Below, in pieces: positions 58,508 to 64,000 of a stretch of 64,000 nt of DNA; position 1 is the stretch's first letter, and every line of letters starts with the position of its first letter. The notes beneath the pieces are model-generated. The model was not told the origin of the DNA. It was given only the letters and a program-made list of their open reading frames with translations, and made no database searches. Origin of the DNA: Candidatus Thorarchaeota archaeon (lineage in GTDB: Archaea > Asgardarchaeota > Thorarchaeia > Thorarchaeales > Thorarchaeaceae); contig CAVSBO010000017.1 in assembly GCA_963726195.1 (NCBI GenBank), positions 29,712 through 93,711 of the forward strand. Direction: 5' to 3'. The position numbers were made by a program, and so were the translations under genes.

Positions 58508-59221
58508 TTGCATGCTCACATAGGCGGCTTCTGTAGACATCGAACGGAGCCAATCACCGTGAAGCCACTGATATCGCCTTCCGTGCTGTCCGCTAACTTT
58601 GCAACACTACAAGAGGACGTCAAGGCTGCGGAGAGAGGTGGGGGAGAGCGATTCCATCTTGACGTAATGGATGGACACTTCGTTCCCAACATTAGCTTTG
58701 GTCCCATGATTGTGAGAATCATGAAGAAAATCACCAACGTGCCGCTCGATGCTCACCTCATGATTTCAGATCCAGACAAGTACATACCGGAGTTCGTGGA
58801 ATCAGGAGCTGAGTTTGTCATCCCGCACATAGAGGCTTCCTATGATGTCTACAGGTCGGTCCAGCAGATTGTTGAGCTGGGTGCGAAGGCTGGCATAGCA
58901 CTGAATCCGGGGACCCCGGTTGAATGGGTTGAGCCATTATTGGACAAGATTGACATGGTGCTCATCATGAGTGTTTGTCCAGGATTCGGAGGTCAGAAGT
59001 TTCAGCCTCACTCGCTAAAGAGAATCAAAGCGCTCAGGTCCTTGCTCGACAAGGTGAAGCCAAGTGTTCACATCGCGGTTGATGGCGGCGTGAAAAAGGA
59101 GAACATTACTGAAATCTACTCTGCCGGGGCAGACATCCTTGTAGCAGGCTCTGCCATTTTTGAAGCGCAGGATATCGAAAAAGCGGTCAGAGAACTGAAG
59201 CGACTTGTCGAGAAGCCGTAG
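58508..59221 (+). CDS. rpe: ribulose-phosphate 3-epimerase
   Basis: ISPSVLSANF, HLDVMDGHFVPN and the M.V.PGFGGQKF motifs. The likely true start is the in-frame GTG at 58559 (VKPLISPS). Confidence 0.9.
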   Translation: MHAHIGGFCRHRTEPITVKPLISPSVLSANFATLQEDVKAAERGGGERFHLDVMDGHFVPNISFGPMIVRIMKKITNVPLDAHLMISDPDKYIPEFVESGAEFVIPHIEASYDVYRSVQQIVELGAKAGIALNPGTPVEWVEPLLDKIDMVLIMSVCPGFGGQKFQPHSLKRIKALRSLLDKVKPSVHIAVDGGVKKENITEIYSAGADILVAGSAIFEAQDIEKAVRELKRLVEKP

Positions 59222-59299
59222 AAGGAAAACTGACATAAAGGCGACTGGTAGCAGCTAATACCACAGCCAGTCCACATTAAGATTGGAGACGATAACAGG

Positions 59300-59971
59300 A
59301 TGAAGTTCTTCATCGACACAGCGAATGTACAGGCGATAAGAGAAGCATATGATCGCGGAATGGTAGACGGAGTGACCACAAACCCCAGCCTTGTCGCTAA
59401 GGAAGGCCGCGGCTTCAAGGAGATAGTGTTGGAGATTGCCTCATTCGTAAAGGGTCCGATTAGCATAGAGGTCATAGCCACAGACTATGAAGGCATGATG
59501 AAGGAAGCTCGAGACCTCAACGGATGGATTGACAACGCGGCAATCAAGATACCCATGACATGGGACGGACTCAAGGCAGTCAGGAAATGCTCTGACGAGG
59601 GAATCAAGACGAATGTCACACTCTGCTTCAGCCCAAACCAAGCTCTCTTGGCCGCAAAGGCTGGAGCCACGTTCGTGTCGCCCTTCATAGGTCGCCTTGA
59701 TGATGTCGGCCAAGTTGGAATGGACATTATCCCCGACATGGTTCAGATCTACTCTAACTACGGATACAAGACTGAAATCATAGTGGCGAGCATTCGACAC
59801 CCCATCCACGTGTACGAGGCAGCCCTGGCAGGTGCGGACATAGCAACGATTCCTCCAGATGTTTTAGACAAGATGGTGAAGCATCCGTTGACCGACATCG
59901 GAATCGAGAAGTTCCTTGCTGATTACAGGAAGATACCCCAGGCCGCCGAGACAAAGAAGCACGGCAAATGA
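59300..59971 (+). CDS. tal: transaldolase / fructose-6-phosphate aldolase (short TalC/Fsa type)
   Basis: [16 protein letters not shown], the Schiff-base Lys context AIKIP, and FVSPFIGR. Confidence 0.9.
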   Translation: MKFFIDTANVQAIREAYDRGMVDGVTTNPSLVAKEGRGFKEIVLEIASFVKGPISIEVIATDYEGMMKEARDLNGWIDNAAIKIPMTWDGLKAVRKCSDEGIKTNVTLCFSPNQALLAAKAGATFVSPFIGRLDDVGQVGMDIIPDMVQIYSNYGYKTEIIVASIRHPIHVYEAALAGADIATIPPDVLDKMVKHPLTDIGIEKFLADYRKIPQAAETKKHGK

Positions 59972-60040
59972 GATGCCTGTCCCCCTAGAATTGGACAGCA
60001 AGGATGATATGTCCATTAAATCGAGACTACCACAAGCTGG

Positions 60041-61609
60041 GTGTCGCGCATGAAGTTGGAGGCAGACCTCGTAGCATTCAATGGTAACATCGTAACGATG
60101 GATTCTGAGAATCCTACGGCCACAGCACTTGCAGTCAAGAATCACAAATTGGTCTTCGTTGGAAGCGATACACAGGTCCCGGACCTTGTGGCTGATGCGC
60201 GAAGGACCATGGACCTTGGAGGCAAGACCGTAGTTCCGGGTTTCGTCGATGCTCACACACACATCACTGGAGCTGGCATGAAAGCCTCACAGGTGAATCT
60301 GGAATCGACTCATTCTGCCGGAGATGTAAAGCATGCATTGAAAGATGCTCTCCCAAGGTACGGTCGAGGGCAGTGGATTCGCGGCTATGGATGGGACGAG
60401 AGCTTCTGGCCTGAGAAACGATACCTTACGGCTGAAGACCTAGATGATGTTAGCGAAGTAAACCCAATCGCCATCGACAGAGTGGACGGACACCTGACTT
60501 CTGCGAACAGTCTAGCCTTGAAGAAGCTCGGAATCTCTCTCGAACATGAAGGTGTTCTCAAAGACAAGAAGGGAAAGCCTACCGGTGTGCTCAGGGACAT
60601 TGACAATCTCTGGAGTGAGTTTCCTCCTTCGCCCGAAGAAATCAAGCAGGGCGTTGTGGCCGGCAACAGGATCGCAAGTAGACATGGTATCACAGCACTG
60701 GTGGATAACCAGCCGCCTGGGATGCTCCGCTCCGTGCTCGCATGCGAAAAGGAAGAACTCCTCACTGCACGGATGGTAGTCAATGAATACTCCGAAGTCA
60801 CCAAGAACATGATTGAATTGGGAATCACATCAGGGATGGGCGATTCCATGGTGAGAATCGGCGGCGTCAAATCGTTCATGGACGGGTCCATTGGAGCGAG
60901 GACAGCTGCCTTGTCTCAGCCCTACATTGATGACAAGGGCAACAAGGGCAGGATGCTCATCTCTCAAAAAGACATGGAAGCACTGTTGAAGCAAGCGGTC
61001 AATAGCGATATTCAGACGGCAACTCACGCGATTGGTGACGATGCAATTGAGACCCTCATCTCAGCGTTCGAGAGCCTGAGTGAAAGCGAGAAGAGTAAGG
61101 TCAAAGACCAGCGACACCGCATCGAGCACGTCGAAATGATCAACCAAGACCAGATTCGGAGGGCAGTTGGTCTGGGTCTCATTCTATCAATGCAGCCCAA
61201 TTTCGTGGGCGTATGGCAGCAGAAGGGAGGTCTCTACGAACAGAGACTCGGACCTGAACGAGTGTCATCGATGAACATGTTTAGAGTAGCACTCGATAGT
61301 GGAGCACACGTATGCTTCGGTTCAGACGGGATGCCCTACAGTCCCCTCTATGGCATTTGGTCGGCCGTGACGTTTCCAAATCCGAAAGTGAAAATCAGTG
61401 TCGAGGAAGCGTTGCGTTGTTATACAGTTGAGAGTGCCTACTCAGTATTCATGGAGAATACAATAGGCAGTCTCGCAGTTGGAAAGAAAGCCGACTTCGT
61501 GGTTCTTTCCAACAACATCATGACCGTACCACCAGCCAGAGTTAATGACATCAAGGTCGAAACGACGATTCTAGGCGGCATCGTCGAGTATAGTTCGTCG
61601 AACGCGTGA
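60041..61609 (+). CDS. amidohydrolase family protein (Amidohydro_3 / YtcJ-like metal-dependent hydrolase)
   Basis: VVPGFVDAHTHI metal-binding HxH, internal HAIGD, and a C-terminal GSDG plus ADFVVL pattern. Confidence 0.8.
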   Translation: MSRMKLEADLVAFNGNIVTMDSENPTATALAVKNHKLVFVGSDTQVPDLVADARRTMDLGGKTVVPGFVDAHTHITGAGMKASQVNLESTHSAGDVKHALKDALPRYGRGQWIRGYGWDESFWPEKRYLTAEDLDDVSEVNPIAIDRVDGHLTSANSLALKKLGISLEHEGVLKDKKGKPTGVLRDIDNLWSEFPPSPEEIKQGVVAGNRIASRHGITALVDNQPPGMLRSVLACEKEELLTARMVVNEYSEVTKNMIELGITSGMGDSMVRIGGVKSFMDGSIGARTAALSQPYIDDKGNKGRMLISQKDMEALLKQAVNSDIQTATHAIGDDAIETLISAFESLSESEKSKVKDQRHRIEHVEMINQDQIRRAVGLGLILSMQPNFVGVWQQKGGLYEQRLGPERVSSMNMFRVALDSGAHVCFGSDGMPYSPLYGIWSAVTFPNPKVKISVEEALRCYTVESAYSVFMENTIGSLAVGKKADFVVLSNNIMTVPPARVNDIKVETTILGGIVEYSSSNA

Positions 61610-61619
61610 AGGTGGCGCG

Positions 61620-63386
61620 ATGGGGAACATCAAGACCCTTAGCCCCGACTTGGTGTCGCTGATATCTGCAGGCGAAGTCATTGACGGGCCATGGTCGGTG
61701 GTCAAAGAGCTCATCGAGAACTCTCTGGACGCTGGCGCGAAGCATATTGACATTGAAATCAAGAATGGCGGGATAGACTCGATAAAGGTCTCAGACAACG
61801 GTTCGGGCATCACCAAGACCGACATCAGGCTGTGTGGTCTGCGGCATTCTACAAGCAAGATAGCTTCCAAGACCGACCTTGAATCAATAACAACCTACGG
61901 CTTCCGTGGAGAGGCGCTGGCAAGCATGGCTGCTGTCGCCGACGTTGAGATAACAAGTCGCTCTTCCAATGAAGACATCGGGACCAGACTTGTGTCGAGA
62001 ACAGCCGAACACCGGACCTACTCAGATGCATCGAGACCACCGGGAACGACTGTAGAAGTTACGAACCTTTTCGATCGTGTGCCCGCTCGAAAGAAGCACC
62101 TGGCCTCCCCGAAGACTGAGGGGCAGCGAGTTGTCGATGTTGTCATGCGACACGCAGTCGCCAGACCCGACGTGGGATTCAGACTAATCAAGGATGGGCA
62201 ATCAGCGATAGACTGCCCACCGCAAAGCGCCAGGGACAGGGTTGCTACCATATGGGGTCCAGATGTGGCAAGAAACCTCGTGGACGTTGATTCTGTCAGG
62301 GACGAGACGAGAGTCAGAGGCTTTCTTGCCAGACCGCCTGTCTCCAGAGGCAATCGTTCTCATGAGTACTTCTACATTAGAGGCAGACCTATTGAGGATG
62401 GGCAACTCAGCGCAGCCCTTGAGAGCGTTTACTCCTCCCTCTTAATGCGCGGTCGGTACCCAGTGTCGGCCCTAGATATCTCCTTGGACACTACCCGTGT
62501 TGATGTCAATGTGCACCCGACCAAGCGCGAAGTGAGGATTGCAGACATCGAGGAAGTCAAGGCTGCATTGAAGGGTGCGGCTCGAGAAGCTTTGGCATTG
62601 GAGACACCACCAAAAGAACCGGCGTTCGTTCTGAATACCGGCGTCGTGTCTGAATCCATCACACCCGCGAGTCGAAAGGCTTCCAAGCACGCTGACCGTT
62701 CTCATGCAAAGCCTCTTCTCACAGATACCCTTGTTGAGGCAGACACGCTCAAAGTTCCTGCCGTTGTGAGGACCGATGACACGATGCAAATCCTGGCGCT
62801 TGGTGGTGTGTTCAGAATCATTGGTCAGCTTCAGAACCTCTACGTGCTTCTCGAGTTTGAAGATGGTTTGGTTTTGGTTGACCAGCACGCAGCGCACGAG
62901 AGGATTATGTATGAACGGCTCCGGCGCGAACTCGACAGCGGCCCGATGCCAGTCCAAGAACTGCTTGAGCCCATAGTCCTTCGGCTCGAACATGGTGACT
63001 CAGACCGCGTGTTGGAGCTCGCTCAACCGCTCAATACGCTCGGATATACTCTAGCAAGTTTCGGCGGGAATGAGGTATTGATCTCAACGCTTCCCGATGT
63101 GCTCGGGCACCAGGTTTCCGACAACGAGGTCATGGCTATTATCGATGAAATCCTTGATCTTGGAGAAGAACACGCTTCTAAGCACTTCATGGACGACGTT
63201 GTAAAGCTAACAGCCTGCCATGCTGCTATCAGAGCCGGACAGCCACTGAGCATTGATGAGATTCGAGATCTTCTGACTAGCATGGCAAGCACTCCCAACC
63301 GATACAATTGCCCACACGGAAGGCCTACAATCGTTCGAATAACCTCGGATGAGCTGGAGAAGAGGTTTGGCAGAGTTCAGCCATAG
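61620..63386 (+). CDS. mutL: DNA mismatch repair protein MutL
   Basis: GHKL ATPase N-terminus (IAAGEVI-type LISAGEVIDGPWSVVKELIENSLDAGA, DNGSGI, GFRGEAL). The C-terminal dimerisation/endonuclease domain has DQHAAHERIMYE and CPHGRP. Confidence 0.9.
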   Translation: MGNIKTLSPDLVSLISAGEVIDGPWSVVKELIENSLDAGAKHIDIEIKNGGIDSIKVSDNGSGITKTDIRLCGLRHSTSKIASKTDLESITTYGFRGEALASMAAVADVEITSRSSNEDIGTRLVSRTAEHRTYSDASRPPGTTVEVTNLFDRVPARKKHLASPKTEGQRVVDVVMRHAVARPDVGFRLIKDGQSAIDCPPQSARDRVATIWGPDVARNLVDVDSVRDETRVRGFLARPPVSRGNRSHEYFYIRGRPIEDGQLSAALESVYSSLLMRGRYPVSALDISLDTTRVDVNVHPTKREVRIADIEEVKAALKGAAREALALETPPKEPAFVLNTGVVSESITPASRKASKHADRSHAKPLLTDTLVEADTLKVPAVVRTDDTMQILALGGVFRIIGQLQNLYVLLEFEDGLVLVDQHAAHERIMYERLRRELDSGPMPVQELLEPIVLRLEHGDSDRVLELAQPLNTLGYTLASFGGNEVLISTLPDVLGHQVSDNEVMAIIDEILDLGEEHASKHFMDDVVKLTACHAAIRAGQPLSIDEIRDLLTSMASTPNRYNCPHGRPTIVRITSDELEKRFGRVQP

Positions 63387-63575
63387 GTCTCATGGATCCT
63401 GCCGAATCACAGCTTGACGAGTTGCACTGGTTCGGCATTTGACCAACCATCCTGACAGCATTGCATTACATGTACGGAAAAGCGAATAGTTTTACTAGGT
63501 TCGAGCGGATAATGTATGGAGCCTCCACGAGGAACATAAGTTCGATATGCCCGGCTTTGGAGATGACAACGGTTC

Positions 63576-63977
63576 TTGAGTACGACATGGTTCATAGCCA
63601 AGGAGTACCTCAAACGACTTCAAATCAACTTTGAGGAAAACGCCCGCAAGACATTCAGCGTTCGGCCACAGAACCCTTCAGAGGCCGTTGAGATAGAGGT
63701 GTTCCCAGGAACGAGTTGGATAACTCTCACGACAAGGTTGATGGACCTTGGCACGATACCGGAAGGAAGAAGGAAGGGCGCATACGAGAAGCTGTTGAAG
63801 TCCAACGCGAAGCTTGCCGAGGTCAGTTTCGGAATTGACAAGAAAGACTGTCTCATCATCCGTAATGCGATCCCAGTTGAGGGCATATCATACGATGCGT
63901 TCAGCTCGACGTACGAAGCGCATATTGCAGGCATCAAGTTCTTCCAGCAGATGCTGCTTCCAGTCCTAGAGCACTGA
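63576..63977 (+). CDS. hypothetical protein (possibly YbjN/T3SS-chaperone-like fold)
   Basis: 133-aa ORF. The fold guess rests only on length and the alpha/beta pattern. Confidence 0.35.
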   Translation: MSTTWFIAKEYLKRLQINFEENARKTFSVRPQNPSEAVEIEVFPGTSWITLTTRLMDLGTIPEGRRKGAYEKLLKSNAKLAEVSFGIDKKDCLIIRNAIPVEGISYDAFSSTYEAHIAGIKFFQQMLLPVLEH

Positions 63978-64000
63978 TTGTATGATTATGTCTTGAAGAC

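Overview
This looks like an archaeal chromosomal segment. The evidence is a TFB transcription factor, a Sec11-type signal peptidase, ADP-forming acetyl-CoA synthetase, a 2-phosphoglycerate-kinase-like gene, and a tRNA-Cys with a TATA box about 26 nt upstream. The window is densely coded on both strands, with about 60 genes. Most are housekeeping or metabolic: cysS, nadA, ggt, a kbl/bioF-family enzyme, rpe, tal, GH116, a LarA-like gene, CoADR/Nox and a PadR-ABC exporter operon. Many TPR, zinc-ribbon and membrane proteins of unknown function are interspersed. The small GTPase, LRR and GH116 content suggests an uncultivated, possibly Asgard-like archaeon, but that is inference only. Five things stand out. 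(1) Two tandem paralogous giant proteins (28620-32385) share a longin/roadblock-like, Ras-type G domain, second roadblock-like, wHTH-like layout; one has an intact G domain and the other a degenerate one. They lie downstream of an orphan N6-adenine methyltransferase and tRNA-Cys. (2) A tnpB-only IS200/IS605 (IS1341-type) element is inserted between codons 6 and 7 of a decayed mutS 5-prime copy, 1.3 kb upstream of the full-length bacterial-type mutS. (3) A 135-nt core is nearly identical between the mutS relic and mutS, while the flanks have diverged. (4) At least nine single-nucleotide-scale frame disruptions occur in otherwise intact genes, two of them in mutS itself; these are either assembly indel errors or real decay. 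(5) Four GATATC palindromes phased at 12 bp abut a TATA box upstream of the padR-ABC operon. I found no CRISPR array, rRNA or integrase.
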